NCBI GenBank assembly: GCA_964598205.1
Contig: CAZRBB010000001.1
Span: 28,199 to 92,198, forward strand
From: an uncultured Candidatus Saccharibacteria bacterium
GTDB lineage: Bacteria > Patescibacteriota > Minisyncoccia > CAIUEV01 > JAHKAQ01
Direction of reading: 5' to 3'
Length of the DNA stretch: 64,000 bases
Below are positions 19,622-30,210 of this stretch, piece after piece. The notes under the pieces were generated by a model. It was not told where the DNA came from. It was given only the letters and a program-made list of their open reading frames with translations, and made no database searches. Position numbers and translations under genes: made by a program. Numbering within the stretch: position 1 is the first letter of the stretch; each line of letters opens with the position of its first letter.

Positions 19622-20428
19622 TTAGTTAATAACCACTTTGTTTATCCTCTTAACCTCCTTAGCTTTACCATTTTTTTTGATTTCCACCAAGACTCCTTGA
19701 ACAATTGCCTCTTGCCATTCATCATCCCAATCCGAATCCACTGCGTCTAATTGTAAGAATCCCTGAATTACTTGTTCCTTATTCTTACCGAGAATGGAAT
19801 GTCTAACCCCGCACATGCCAGCGTCTGTTAAATAAGCCGTTCCATTGGGCAAAATTTGATCATCGGCTGTTTGTACATGAGTGTGAGTTCCGATTAGAGC
19901 AGAAACCTGACCATCTAAGTAATAGCCAAGAGCTCTTTTTTCGCTGGTGGTCTCGGCATGAAAATCAATCAAAACTGCATTACAATTTTCATGCTCTATT
20001 GCTTTTAGTATTTTCTTTGCTTCAATAAAAGGGCAGGTATAATTATTACGGAAAAAAGTCTGACCTATTAAATTAATAATAGCTATTTTTTTAGAAAAAA
20101 TATTCAGAATCTGAAACCCTCTCCCAGGGACTCCTTCTGGGTAGTTAGCTGGCCTTAAAATAGGGAATTTTTTTTCACTAACTAACCGACGACCTTCTTT
20201 TTTCCAAACATGATTCCCTGAAGTAAAAAAATCTACTCCGGCGTTTTGCAAGTCTTTCAGAGTGTTTTCAGTTATTCCCTTTCCATGAGCAACATTCTCT
20301 GCGTTAGCGATTGTTAAGTCGGGGGAGAAGTCTTCTTTGAGCTGAGGCATTATCTTGGCCACTGCCTCTCTTCCTGGTCTACCAACTACATCTCCTAAAA
20401 AAAGAATTTTCAAAGTTTTATCTTGCAT
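19622..20428 (-). CDS. ymdB: YmdB-like metallophosphoesterase (TIGR00282 family)
   Basis: LKILFLGDVVGRPGR N-terminus; conserved position immediately downstream of rny. Confidence 0.8.
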   Translation of the reverse strand: MQDKTLKILFLGDVVGRPGREAVAKIMPQLKEDFSPDLTIANAENVAHGKGITENTLKDLQNAGVDFFTSGNHVWKKEGRRLVSEKKFPILRPANYPEGVPGRGFQILNIFSKKIAIINLIGQTFFRNNYTCPFIEAKKILKAIEHENCNAVLIDFHAETTSEKRALGYYLDGQVSALIGTHTHVQTADDQILPNGTAYLTDAGMCGVRHSILGKNKEQVIQGFLQLDAVDSDWDDEWQEAIVQGVLVEIKKNGKAKEVKRINKVVIN

Positions 20429-21938
20429 AGTCAATGGCTCTGGTTTCACGGATAATATTGACTTTTATTTCTCCAGGATACTTCAGCTCTTCCTCTATTT
20501 TGTCGGCTATTTTTCTGGCCAACTTAATTGCTCCTAGATCGTCAATGTTTTCTGGATTAACAAAAACTCGCACTTCTCTTCCTGCTTGGATAGCGTAACA
20601 TTTCTCTACTTCATCGAATGTGTTAGCTATTTTTTCTAATTCCCGTAGTCTTTTTAGGTAATTTTCCAAAGTATCTTTTCGGGCCCCAGGGCGAGAAGCA
20701 GAAATAGCGTCGGCTGCTGCAATAATTGCCGCTTCTGGTTTTTCACAAGGCAACTCATCGTGATGATGTTGCATTGCTTCTATAACATTTTCTGGGATAT
20801 TAAACTTTTTTAAAATATTAACACCGATTTCAATATGAGTTCCCTGGATTTCGTGATCCACGGCTTTACCAATGTCGTGGAGTAGACCCGCCTTTTTACA
20901 AAGCGCAGCGTCTAATCCCAATTCAGAGGCTAATAAACCAGAAAGATGTGCCACCTCTACGGAATGCAAGAGAACATTTTGACCATAGCTGGTTCTAAAG
21001 CGTAAGCGTCCTAAAATATGTACCAATTTTTCGTCTAGTCCGGCAACGCCAACATCGTAGACTGCCGCTTCTCCGGCTTCTTTAACTTTCTTAGTGATTT
21101 CCCTCTTAACCATATTAACGGTTTCTTCTATTTTGGCTGGGTGAATCCGTCCGTCTTCGATTAGCTTTTGCAGAGTGAGTCTAGCCACCTCTCTTCTTAC
21201 TGGGTCAAAAGCAGAAACAACGATTGCTTCTGGCGTGTCGTCTACAATTATTTCCGCGCCAGTTAATCGTTCAATAGCGTTAATGTTACGGCCTTCGCGA
21301 CCAATAATCCGACCCTTCATTTCGTCGTCAGGCAGGGAAACGGTAGTGGTGGTATTTTCTGTAGCATGGCCAGAAGCGTATCGTTGCATTGCCATGGTCA
21401 TAATATTCTTGGCCTTTTCTTCTAAGACCTCCTTATTGTTCTGCTCTAATTTCTTTATTTTTAAAAGAATTGCTTCTTCGTTTTCTTCTTCTATTAATTT
21501 CAACATTAACTCTTTGGCTTCTTCTTTTTTGAGCTTAGCCACGGTTTCCAGCTTATCTAGCTGTTCTTTTTTAATTAGAGAAATTTCTTCTTTTATTTCT
21601 TTTACCCTTTTGATCTTAGAGTGGATATTTTTCTTGTCTTCTTCTAGCTCCTGTTCTTTCTTTAAAATCTGTTCTTCCATTCTAGTTAAGCGAGTTTCGG
21701 CTTTATCTAGTTGACTCCGACGAATTTCTTCTTCTCTTTTGATTTCGCTTAAAGCTTTTACTGCTTTTTCCTTGGCTTTTAGAATAATGTCCTTGGCGTT
21801 TAGATCGGCATCAGAAATTAATCCTTTTGCCTTAGATTCTGCTTCCTCGATTTTCTTTTGAGTGGATATTTTGCGGAGAGAATAACCCAAAACGGCTCCT
21901 CCAATTAAGGCTGAGATAGTAAAAAAGATAGGACTCAT
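20418..21938 (-). CDS. rny: Ribonuclease Y
   Basis: N-terminal TM, coiled coil, KH domain (GRIIGREGRNI) and HD domain (LLHDIGK). Confidence 0.9.
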   Translation of the reverse strand: MSPIFFTISALIGGAVLGYSLRKISTQKKIEEAESKAKGLISDADLNAKDIILKAKEKAVKALSEIKREEEIRRSQLDKAETRLTRMEEQILKKEQELEEDKKNIHSKIKRVKEIKEEISLIKKEQLDKLETVAKLKKEEAKELMLKLIEEENEEAILLKIKKLEQNNKEVLEEKAKNIMTMAMQRYASGHATENTTTTVSLPDDEMKGRIIGREGRNINAIERLTGAEIIVDDTPEAIVVSAFDPVRREVARLTLQKLIEDGRIHPAKIEETVNMVKREITKKVKEAGEAAVYDVGVAGLDEKLVHILGRLRFRTSYGQNVLLHSVEVAHLSGLLASELGLDAALCKKAGLLHDIGKAVDHEIQGTHIEIGVNILKKFNIPENVIEAMQHHHDELPCEKPEAAIIAAADAISASRPGARKDTLENYLKRLRELEKIANTFDEVEKCYAIQAGREVRVFVNPENIDDLGAIKLARKIADKIEEELKYPGEIKVNIIRETRAIDYAR

Positions 21939-22054
21939 CTGTTAGGATTTTATTGTTTAAATTAGACATTTCCGGCATTGTTTAGTCCGGTAATAATGCT
22001 CCGAGTCTATAAGTTTAAACCCCTTTTGTCAAAAGAAACCGACTGTTTAGCTAT

Positions 22055-23002
22055 TTATTTTTTAGAATAAAAAGAGTGACTATTTGTTGGCCGGAATTTC
22101 TTTAAATGTTTCTTAATTAAGGATTCAGCTTCTTTTTGGCTCTTTATCCAAATCACATTGGGAGTTTTTCCAAACCAAGTTAGTTGTCTTTTGGCAAAAC
22201 GGCCAATGGCAAAGTTTAATCTTAAAATAGCTTCCTGATAATTCATTTCACCACTAAGATAATAAGAGAGATAGCGACACTCCATTCCCAACTCTCTAAG
22301 TCTTTCATGACTAACTCCGTTTTTAAGCAAATTCTCTACTTCTGCTAAAAGTCCTTCTTTTAATCGCGTTTCCAGTCTTTCCTTGATTCGCTTTCTAGTT
22401 TCGGCAATTGGGTTTTTTATCCCCAAAACAAGAGAATCATGGCACGGGTAAGCACTGACGGTAGTTTTTTGTTTTTTATTAGCCAGGGCAATCTCTATTG
22501 CTCTTGTTACTCTTCTGGGGTTGTGCCAATCAAAATTAGAAGGGAGCTTTTGATTAAGTTTTTTCAAAAGAACAATCCTTTCTTCTTTTTCCATTTGCTC
22601 AACTTTTTGGCGCAATTTTAGATCTGGTCCAGCCGAAGATAGAGGAGTGGCTTCTATTACTGTTTTTAAATAAAGACCACTTCCTCCAACTAAAAAAGGT
22701 AGCCGCCCTTTTTTGTTAATTTTTCTAATAGCCGAAAAAGCTTTCTTTTGATATTGAAAAACGGAGAAATTTTTTACCGGGCTAACAATATCGATTAAGT
22801 GGTAAGGAATCTTTTTTCCTAAAATTTGGTACTCCGAAAGATCTTTTCCAGCTCCTAAGTTCAAATCCCTGTAAACTTGCCGAGAATCGGCAGAAACAAT
22901 TTCTCCATTGAATTTCAGCGCTAATTTAGCGGCGAGTCTGGTTTTTCCAGAAGATGTGGGACCAAGAAGAACAATTAAAGGTTGTTTGTTTGGTTTCTCC
23001 AT
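22055..23002 (-). CDS. miaA: tRNA dimethylallyltransferase
   Basis: LLGPTSSGKT P-loop and SADSRQVYRDLNLG motif. Confidence 0.9.
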   Translation of the reverse strand: MEKPNKQPLIVLLGPTSSGKTRLAAKLALKFNGEIVSADSRQVYRDLNLGAGKDLSEYQILGKKIPYHLIDIVSPVKNFSVFQYQKKAFSAIRKINKKGRLPFLVGGSGLYLKTVIEATPLSSAGPDLKLRQKVEQMEKEERIVLLKKLNQKLPSNFDWHNPRRVTRAIEIALANKKQKTTVSAYPCHDSLVLGIKNPIAETRKRIKERLETRLKEGLLAEVENLLKNGVSHERLRELGMECRYLSYYLSGEMNYQEAILRLNFAIGRFAKRQLTWFGKTPNVIWIKSQKEAESLIKKHLKKFRPTNSHSFYSKK

Positions 23003-23012
23003 GTTTTAAAAA

Positions 23013-24326
23013 TCAAAGCGACTTTCCTTTTAATCCAAAACTAAAAACATTAGTTACTTTTGCCAAACAAAAATGCCCAACAAGACATTTTTTTTGACCC
23101 TCTTCTAGCTGAATCTTTTTTTTATGCTCAGTTTCTCCCCAAATTATTTTTTTTGATTTTCTTCCTTTAATAAGAACCTTTAATTCTTGCCCAATTAACT
23201 TTTGATTGTTTTTTAGAGCAGTTTTGGTAACTATTTGATTTAAAACAGCTTTTCTTCTTACCTTTTCTTTTTCGGAAATATCAGAAGAAAAACTAAATGC
23301 TACTGTTTGGGGTCGAGGCGAATAACGGGAAATATAGGCCATATCGAATTTGATTTGCTCCATTATCTTTTTGGTTTTTAAAAAATCGCTTTCTGTTTCT
23401 CCAGGAAAACCAACAATAATATCTGTAGTTAGAGAGGCTTCGGGTAACTTTTTCTTTATAGATAAGGCAATGTCCAAATAATGGCTAGCAGTATATTTTC
23501 GGTTCATTGATTTTAGAATTCTGGTACTACCCGATTGAAGCGGCAAATGAATTTGCTTAGCTATTTTAGGTTCAGAAGAAATTGTTTCTAAAAGATCCGT
23601 GGAAAAATCTTTAGGGTGAGAAGTAAGAAATCGGATCCAAAAGTCTCCCTTTATTTTAGCCGCCGCACTTAGTAATCGGGGGAAATCCCAGATATCATTT
23701 TTTTTCTTATCTTGGTAAAAGTAACTGTTAACATTTTGCCCCAAAAGAGTTATTTCCTTAAAGCCTAGATTGGAAAATTGTTCTATCTCTTTTAGAATTT
23801 CTTTTGGCTTTCTAGAAACTTCTCTTCCTCTAGCGTAAGGAACAACGCAATAAGCGCAAAAATTATCACAACCAGTCATAATAGGAATCGAAGCGGAAAA
23901 AGGAGATCCTGATATTGGTTCGATTTTAAAAAACTTTTCTAAAGGAGAGGAGTTATTTTTTTGTAGCGACTCCTTATTATTTCTTAGCAGATTACAAAGA
24001 AGAGGGATGGCCTGATCAATGGGGCTAATCAAAGCCCCCAGTTTTTCCATTTTCAGAGCTACATCGGTGCGGTGCCCTAAGCAACCGGTTAATAAAATTA
24101 TAGTTTCTGGATCTTGGGACCTAATGTTAAAAACAATTCCGTAGGCTTTATTTTCTGCGGATTGGCGGATTCCGCAGCTATTAATAACCACCAAGTCTGC
24201 CTTGTCGGCGGTAGCCAGCTTTTGCAAACCCTGTTTAGCCAAAAAACCGTCTATTCTTTCTGAATCGCTGAGGTTCATTTGGCAACCAAAGGTTCTAATA
24301 AAATAAGTTTTAGGCGATTTTGTCAT
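23013..24326 (-). CDS. miaB: tRNA methylthiotransferase (MiaB-like radical SAM)
   Basis: UPF0004 N-domain (FGCQMN), radical SAM CDNFCAYC cluster, TRAM C-terminus; adjacent to miaA. Confidence 0.85.
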   Translation of the reverse strand: MTKSPKTYFIRTFGCQMNLSDSERIDGFLAKQGLQKLATADKADLVVINSCGIRQSAENKAYGIVFNIRSQDPETIILLTGCLGHRTDVALKMEKLGALISPIDQAIPLLCNLLRNNKESLQKNNSSPLEKFFKIEPISGSPFSASIPIMTGCDNFCAYCVVPYARGREVSRKPKEILKEIEQFSNLGFKEITLLGQNVNSYFYQDKKKNDIWDFPRLLSAAAKIKGDFWIRFLTSHPKDFSTDLLETISSEPKIAKQIHLPLQSGSTRILKSMNRKYTASHYLDIALSIKKKLPEASLTTDIIVGFPGETESDFLKTKKIMEQIKFDMAYISRYSPRPQTVAFSFSSDISEKEKVRRKAVLNQIVTKTALKNNQKLIGQELKVLIKGRKSKKIIWGETEHKKKIQLEEGQKKCLVGHFCLAKVTNVFSFGLKGKSL

Positions 24327-24327
24327 T

Positions 24328-26133
24328 TTACTGCTTGGCGTTGATTTCCTCTTGGATTTTTTTCTTTAATTCCTCTGCTTTCATTACTAGTTGTTCCTTT
24401 TCACCTCTTTTGCGGACAGTTACCGTTTCTTCTTTTTCTTCTTTTTCTCCTACAATAATCATGTAAGGAATTTTCTCTTTTTCGGCATTTCTAATCCGTT
24501 TCCCTAGCGATTCATCGGAGTTATCTGCTTCTGCTCTAATCCCTTCTTTTTTTAAGAGGACAGTAATTTTTTTAGCATAAGCATCAAATTTTTCGGAAAC
24601 AGGGATTACTCTTGTTTGGATAGGGGAGAGCCAGAGAGGGAAGGCACCAGCGTAGTGCTCTATTAAGAAAGCAAAAAATCTTTCAAAGGATCCAATCAGC
24701 GCTCTGTGAATAACAAATGGCCGCTTTTTCTCTCCTGCTGTGTCAATGTAAGACAAATCAAATCTTTCTGGTAAATTAAAGTCCACCTGGATTGTGGAAA
24801 TTGAATCCTCTTTTCCAAAAACATTAACCGCCTGAACATCGAGCTTTGGTCCATAAAATGCGGCTTCGCCTTTGGCTTCATAAAAGTCGATTTTATTTTT
24901 ACTCAAAACCTGACGCAATGTTTCTTCGGCTTTTTTCCAATCTTCCTTTCTTCCTACATACTTATCGCTCTTAGGGTCAGAAAGAGAAAGTCGGAACCGA
25001 TAATTTTTGAAACCTAAATCGCTATAAAATAGAAGGAGCATTTCTAATACTTCCGTGAACTGATCTTCTAATTGTTCGGATGTGCAGTAAATATGGGCAT
25101 CGTTTTGCGTAAAACCCCGCACTCTTTGGAGTCCGTGTAACTCACCAGATTTTTCGTAACGGTAAACAGTTCCTAATTCCCCAATTTTCATTGGTAGTTC
25201 TCTGTAACTTCTTGGCTTCATTTTGTAAACCATCATTCCGGCCGGGCAGTTCATTGGCTTTAGGAGAAAAGTTTCCTTGGCAACAACTTTCTTTCCTTCT
25301 TGTGATTCCTTCAATGATTGTCCGACTTCTAGGGTGGGGTACATACTTTCGTTGTAAAAATTCCAATGGCCGGAAGTTTCAAAAAGTTCTTTACGGTTAA
25401 TGTGTGGGGTTAGAATGTGTTCATAACCGTAGGAGCGTTCCATCTTAATCATGTAATCTTCCAAGGTTCTCCGAATAACATATCCCTTTGGGAGCCAGAC
25501 CGGCAGTCCTTGGCCAATCTCTGGGAAATTAGCAAACAATTCCAACTCTTTTCCCAATTTTCCATGATCTCTTTTTTCGGCTTCCTCGGTTAATCGCAAA
25601 TGTTCCTTTAATTCTTTTTTTGTTTCAAAAGCCAAGCCGTAAATTCGTTGGAGCATTTTATTCTTTTCGTTTCCCTTCCAATAAGCCCCAGCTATTTTTT
25701 GTAAACAAATTCCTTCGGCCTGAATTTTTCCAGTTGATTCTATGTGTGGTCCACGGCATAAATCTGTGAAATTGCCAGTCTTGTAAATAGTTACCGTTTT
25801 TTCTTTAGCTTCTTCTAGGTCTTTAATTAGTTCGGCCTTGTAGGGCTGAGTAGCTTCTGGGAAAATTTTGGCAACTTCCAAGAAAGAAACCTCAGAAACC
25901 AAAAATGGCAGATCTCTTTTAATAATTTCTTTTATTTTTTCTTCTAAAATCGGGAGATCTTCTGGGGAAAGTGGGCGAGGGAGATCAAAGTCATAGTAAA
26001 AACCATAATCAATCGCCGGACCAATGCCGAATTTAGCTTCGGGAAACATTTCTAAAACTGCTAAAGCTAGAACATGAGCAGTGGAATGTCTTAACATTTC
26101 CAATCTTTCTGTTTTTTGGTTGTTCTTTTTCAT
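24328..26133 (-). CDS. thrS: Threonine--tRNA ligase (short form lacking the N-terminal TGS domain)
   Basis: HSTAHVLA editing-domain motif, class II core (HRDLGKELELF), C-terminal anticodon-binding domain. ATG at 26133 chosen as the start; the longer ORF to 26208 begins with TTG and covers the leader element. Confidence 0.9.
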   Translation of the reverse strand: MKKNNQKTERLEMLRHSTAHVLALAVLEMFPEAKFGIGPAIDYGFYYDFDLPRPLSPEDLPILEEKIKEIIKRDLPFLVSEVSFLEVAKIFPEATQPYKAELIKDLEEAKEKTVTIYKTGNFTDLCRGPHIESTGKIQAEGICLQKIAGAYWKGNEKNKMLQRIYGLAFETKKELKEHLRLTEEAEKRDHGKLGKELELFANFPEIGQGLPVWLPKGYVIRRTLEDYMIKMERSYGYEHILTPHINRKELFETSGHWNFYNESMYPTLEVGQSLKESQEGKKVVAKETFLLKPMNCPAGMMVYKMKPRSYRELPMKIGELGTVYRYEKSGELHGLQRVRGFTQNDAHIYCTSEQLEDQFTEVLEMLLLFYSDLGFKNYRFRLSLSDPKSDKYVGRKEDWKKAEETLRQVLSKNKIDFYEAKGEAAFYGPKLDVQAVNVFGKEDSISTIQVDFNLPERFDLSYIDTAGEKKRPFVIHRALIGSFERFFAFLIEHYAGAFPLWLSPIQTRVIPVSEKFDAYAKKITVLLKKEGIRAEADNSDESLGKRIRNAEKEKIPYMIIVGEKEEKEETVTVRKRGEKEQLVMKAEELKKKIQEEINAKQ

Positions 26134-26330
26134 ATATTTGCTTAAATAAAAATAGCCCTTCTTCTTGGCTGTTGAGACTCCGGCTAAACCCGAAGCGGTT
26201 CCACTCAACTTCCCAAAGAATGGGCTCCTTTATTTGTGAAAGATAACGCTCTTTCTTTTTTTAGCGAGAGCTCCCCAGTTGGTGAGTCTGGTTCAAAGCT
26301 CTATAAAACTTAGTCCCAGTCTAGACTTTT
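26134..26330 (-). promoter_or_regulatory. Candidate T-box riboswitch leader of thrS (Thr specifier)
   Basis: The minus-strand segment AAGUUGAGUGGAACCGCUUCGGG (plus coordinates 26189..26211) matches the T-box consensus AAUUAGGGUGGNACCGCGG. An upstream stem AGAGCU/AGCUCU encloses a loop containing UCACCAAC, i.e. ACC followed by A. Confidence 0.5.
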
Positions 26331-26374
26331 TTAAAACGATAAGCAAGTAATTAAGCCTTTAATAAAACAATAAA

Positions 26375-26653
26375 ATGAATTTGATTATTGCCATTAGTCA
26401 GGAAGGAGAAGTTAGTTTATTTTTGGAAAAAAATAAAAAGCGGATTGCCAGTCTTGTCTGGAAAGATAAGAAAGACTTAATGGAAAAACTCCTACCCAAT
26501 ATAGAAAAATTCCTAAAACAAGAAAAAATAAAGCCACAAGATCTAGTAACAGTCAAGGTTTCTTCTGAAATAGAAAAAAACTGTTCCACCTCCCGAATCG
26601 CTATTGCTCAGGCCAAAGCTCTTAACTATTGCTTAGAAGGCACAAAAATTTGA
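26375..26653 (+). CDS. TsaB/YeaZ-like N-terminal domain protein (short, possibly truncated)
   Basis: MNLIIAIS...VSLFL and CSTSRIAIAQAKALNYCL resemble the TsaB N-terminal actin-like half; only 92 aa. Confidence 0.35.
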   Translation: MNLIIAISQEGEVSLFLEKNKKRIASLVWKDKKDLMEKLLPNIEKFLKQEKIKPQDLVTVKVSSEIEKNCSTSRIAIAQAKALNYCLEGTKI

Positions 26654-26819
26654 CATTTCTAAAATAGTTGCTAGAATCCCCGCTAGAAGTAATACTCTTT
26701 TAAGGGTGGCAGAAAACTTAGTCAACAAAATTAAATAAGTAAAGAGGGCGGCCCGCATCTTGAGGGTTGTGTTTTTTTTTATTTTTTTTATAGCCTTTAA
26801 TCATTCAAACTCTTTTACC

Positions 26820-29800
26820 ATGGGATTTGAAAATAAGAAGCTTCGGCTTAAAACCAGGTTTAGTGCTCACTCCAGTTTTTCCAAAAGAAAATTCTTAAAC
26901 GACATTGGCAAGGTTTTTTCCTTGCCCAACTTAATAGAGATCCAATCCAATTCTTATCGTTGGTTTGTAGAAAATGGCTTCCAAGAAATTTTGGAAGAGA
27001 TTTCCCCAATCAAAGACTATACGGGCAAAAATCTAGAACTAAGCTTCGTTAGTTTTTACTTGGATGAACCCAAATACGACGAACGAACAGCTAAAGAAAA
27101 AAATATTTCCTTCGAAGCACCAATCCGGGTTAGAACTAAGCTTCTAAACAAACAAAACGGCAAAGAGACGGATCAAGAAATATATTTAGGAGAGTTCCCT
27201 ATAATGACCAAAAGGGGAACTTTCATTATTAACGGAGTGGAAAGAGTAGTTGTTTCTCAGCTAATGAGATCTCCTGGAATTTTCTTTACCATGCGCCTAT
27301 TTAAGGGTCGCCGGCTTTTTGGTGCCAAGATTATTCCTAACAGAGGAGCTTGGTTAGAATTTGAAACCGACACCAGTAGCGTTATTTCTGTAAAAATTGA
27401 TCGCAAAAGAAAAGTGCCAGTAACCGCTATTCTGCGAGCCTTTGGCTATTCCACGGATCAACAATTAAAAGAAGCTTTTGCGGACACAGACAAAGGAAAG
27501 GTTAAGTATATAGAAGAAACTATTAAAAGAGACGCTTCCAAAAATCAAGGAGAAGGCTATCGGGAAGTTTACAGAAGAATTCGTCCTGGAGACATGGCCA
27601 CAGAAGAAAATGCCAAACAAATGATTGACGGAATGTTCTTCAACGCCGACCATTATGATCTTTCCAGCGTAGGGCGCTATCGCACTAATGCACGGCTACG
27701 AACCAATGTTCCAGACGACAAAGAGCACATGATTCTTTCTTTGGAAGACTTGGTGTGTACTATTAAAGAAATTATTCGCTTGAATAATGATCCACAGGCC
27801 GAACCAGACGATATTGATCACTTAGGCAATCGGAGAGTGCGAGCCGTAGGAGAGCTGGTTCAAGTTAAGTTACGCACCGGATTTGCCAGAATGGAGCGCA
27901 ATATTAAAGACAGAATGAGTACTTGTGATCTAGAAACAGTAACTCAGGGACAGTTAATCAATTCTCGACCAGTAGCCGCTTCTATTAAGGAATTTTTTGC
28001 CAGTTCTCAGCTTTCTCAATATATGGATCATGTTAATCCCTTGGCAGAGCTGGAACACAAACGCCGGCTTTCGGCTATGGGTCCTGGAGGACTTACTCGC
28101 GAAAGAGCGAGTTTTGAAGTACGCGATGTGCATCCTAGTCATTATGGAAGAATCTGTCCTATAGAAACCCCAGAAGGTCCAAACATTGGATTGGTAACCC
28201 ACTTGGCTTGCTATGCCAGAATCAATAACTATGGTTTCTTGGAAACTCCTTATCGGTTAGTAAGAAGAGTTGCTTCCTTAAATATTAAAGAAGATTGGCA
28301 AGGAGAAATATTAGGAGAAGATCTTCCAAAACTAAAACTTAAGAAAGGCATTTTATTAGACGAAAAAATAGTTAAAGTTCTTAAGAAGGCAGGGAAAGAA
28401 AATATTGCTGTTAAACCTAGAGTTACAGATGAAGTCCATTATCTTTCGGCCACAGAAGAAAGTAAGCACAACATTGGACAAGCAGGAGTCGCTATAGACG
28501 AAAAAGGCTACTTTGAAAAAGAGAGTATTCAAGCCAGAGTTAAGGGAGAGCCAGTGCTGATTTCTTACGAAGTAGTAGATTATATTGATATTGCTCCCAA
28601 GCAGATTATTTCTATAGCCACATCTTTAATCCCATTTTTGGAACATGATGATGCCAACCGTGCTCTAATGGGTTCCAATATGCAACGACAGGCTGTATCC
28701 TGCATTAAACCTCAGTCCCCGGTAGTGGGGACGGGAATAGAAGACAAAGCGGCGGCTGATTCCGGGCAAGTGGTTTTGGCAGAAGAATCAGGAGAGGTAA
28801 TAGAAGTCGATGCCGACCACATATTGGTTAAATCAGAGAAGAATAAAAAGATTGATTATGATCTTTTAACTTTTTCCAAATCTAATGCCTTTACTTGCAT
28901 TAACCAAATTCCGATAGTTTCTAAAGGAGATAAAGTTTCTAGGGGCCAGCTATTAGCAGATGGTGCTTCTACGGATAGCGGAGAATTAGCTCTAGGGCAA
29001 AATGTTCTGACTGCTTTAGTACCTTGGCGTGGTTATAACTTTGAAGACGCTATTATTATTTCCGAAAAACTAGTCCACGACGATCGTTACAGCTCCATTC
29101 ACATAGAAGATCATACAATAGATGTCCGCGACACTCGCCTAGGGCCAGAAGTAGTAACTCGCGATATTCCGAACATTGGAGAAGAACGGCTTAAAAATCT
29201 AGATGAAGAAGGTATTGTGCGCCTTGGTGCAGAAGTTTCTTCCGGAGATATTTTAGCAGGAAAGATCACTCCTAAAGGAGAAAGCGATTTAACTTCTGAA
29301 GAAAGACTTTTGCGGGCGATTTTTGGAGAAAAATCAAGAGATATTAAAGATAGCTCTCTTTATATGCCGAACGGAGAGAAAAGAAAAGTAGTGGGAATAA
29401 AAATATTTTCTCGTGAACAGGGAGATAAGTTACCTTCTGGAGTAATTAAGCAGATCCAAATAACTGTTGCTCAGCTAAGAAAAGTTCAAGAAGGAGACAA
29501 ATTGGCTGGACGCCACGGTAACAAGGGAGTAATCGCCAAAATTCTTCCTCAAGAAGACATGCCTTACCTTCCAGACGGCAAGCCGGTAGACATTGTTTTA
29601 AATCCGTTGGGAGTTGCTTCTAGAATGAACATTGGTCAGATTTTAGAAACGCATTTAGGTTGGGCGGCTTCGGTTTTGGGTTATAAAGTAGCCTCTCCTT
29701 CTTTGGGAGGTGTAACTGAAGATCAAATCACTCAAGAACTAAAAAAAGCCGGATTACCAGAAGACGGCAAAATAAAACTGATAGACGGAGTAACCGGTGA

Positions 29801-30191
29801 GGCTTTTGATAATAAAATCACCGTCGGCGTGATGTATATTATGAAGCTCAATCACTTAGTAGAAGACAAGATTCATATGCGTTCTATCGGCCCATACTCA
29901 TTGATTACTCAGCAACCGCTAGGAGGTAAAGCGCAATTTGGTGGCCAGCGGTTTGGAGAAATGGAAGTTTGGGCACTAGAAGGTTATGGAGCGGCTCACA
30001 TGTTGCAAGAGATTCTAACCATTAAATCCGACGATGTTGTTGGTCGGTCAAAGGCCTACGAATCAATCGTTAAGGGAGAAGAAATTCAAAGTCCCAATGT
30101 TCCTACCTCGCTTCACGTTTTAATTAACGAATTAAAAGGCTTGGGTTTGGATGTGGAGCTTTTAGAAAAACAAGAAGATTTTGAAAAATAA
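26820..30191 (+). CDS. rpoB: DNA-directed RNA polymerase subunit beta
   Basis: PNLIEIQSNSY N-terminus and conserved beta-subunit blocks throughout. The ORF opens at 26760; the ATG at 26820 is the likely start. Confidence 0.95.
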   Translation: MGFENKKLRLKTRFSAHSSFSKRKFLNDIGKVFSLPNLIEIQSNSYRWFVENGFQEILEEISPIKDYTGKNLELSFVSFYLDEPKYDERTAKEKNISFEAPIRVRTKLLNKQNGKETDQEIYLGEFPIMTKRGTFIINGVERVVVSQLMRSPGIFFTMRLFKGRRLFGAKIIPNRGAWLEFETDTSSVISVKIDRKRKVPVTAILRAFGYSTDQQLKEAFADTDKGKVKYIEETIKRDASKNQGEGYREVYRRIRPGDMATEENAKQMIDGMFFNADHYDLSSVGRYRTNARLRTNVPDDKEHMILSLEDLVCTIKEIIRLNNDPQAEPDDIDHLGNRRVRAVGELVQVKLRTGFARMERNIKDRMSTCDLETVTQGQLINSRPVAASIKEFFASSQLSQYMDHVNPLAELEHKRRLSAMGPGGLTRERASFEVRDVHPSHYGRICPIETPEGPNIGLVTHLACYARINNYGFLETPYRLVRRVASLNIKEDWQGEILGEDLPKLKLKKGILLDEKIVKVLKKAGKENIAVKPRVTDEVHYLSATEESKHNIGQAGVAIDEKGYFEKESIQARVKGEPVLISYEVVDYIDIAPKQIISIATSLIPFLEHDDANRALMGSNMQRQAVSCIKPQSPVVGTGIEDKAAADSGQVVLAEESGEVIEVDADHILVKSEKNKKIDYDLLTFSKSNAFTCINQIPIVSKGDKVSRGQLLADGASTDSGELALGQNVLTALVPWRGYNFEDAIIISEKLVHDDRYSSIHIEDHTIDVRDTRLGPEVVTRDIPNIGEERLKNLDEEGIVRLGAEVSSGDILAGKITPKGESDLTSEERLLRAIFGEKSRDIKDSSLYMPNGEKRKVVGIKIFSREQGDKLPSGVIKQIQITVAQLRKVQEGDKLAGRHGNKGVIAKILPQEDMPYLPDGKPVDIVLNPLGVASRMNIGQILETHLGWAASVLGYKVASPSLGGVTEDQITQELKKAGLPEDGKIKLIDGVTGEAFDNKITVGVMYIMKLNHLVEDKIHMRSIGPYSLITQQPLGGKAQFGGQRFGEMEVWALEGYGAAHMLQEILTIKSDDVVGRSKAYESIVKGEEIQSPNVPTSLHVLINELKGLGLDVELLEKQEDFEK

Positions 30192-30210
30192 AGCAGCCTA
30201 ATTTTATTTT

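Noticed and set aside
21175-21714. 179-aa plus-strand ORF antisense to rny
   Set aside because: Ser-rich low-complexity translation lying entirely inside a well-supported RNase Y gene; it is a typical antisense artefact.
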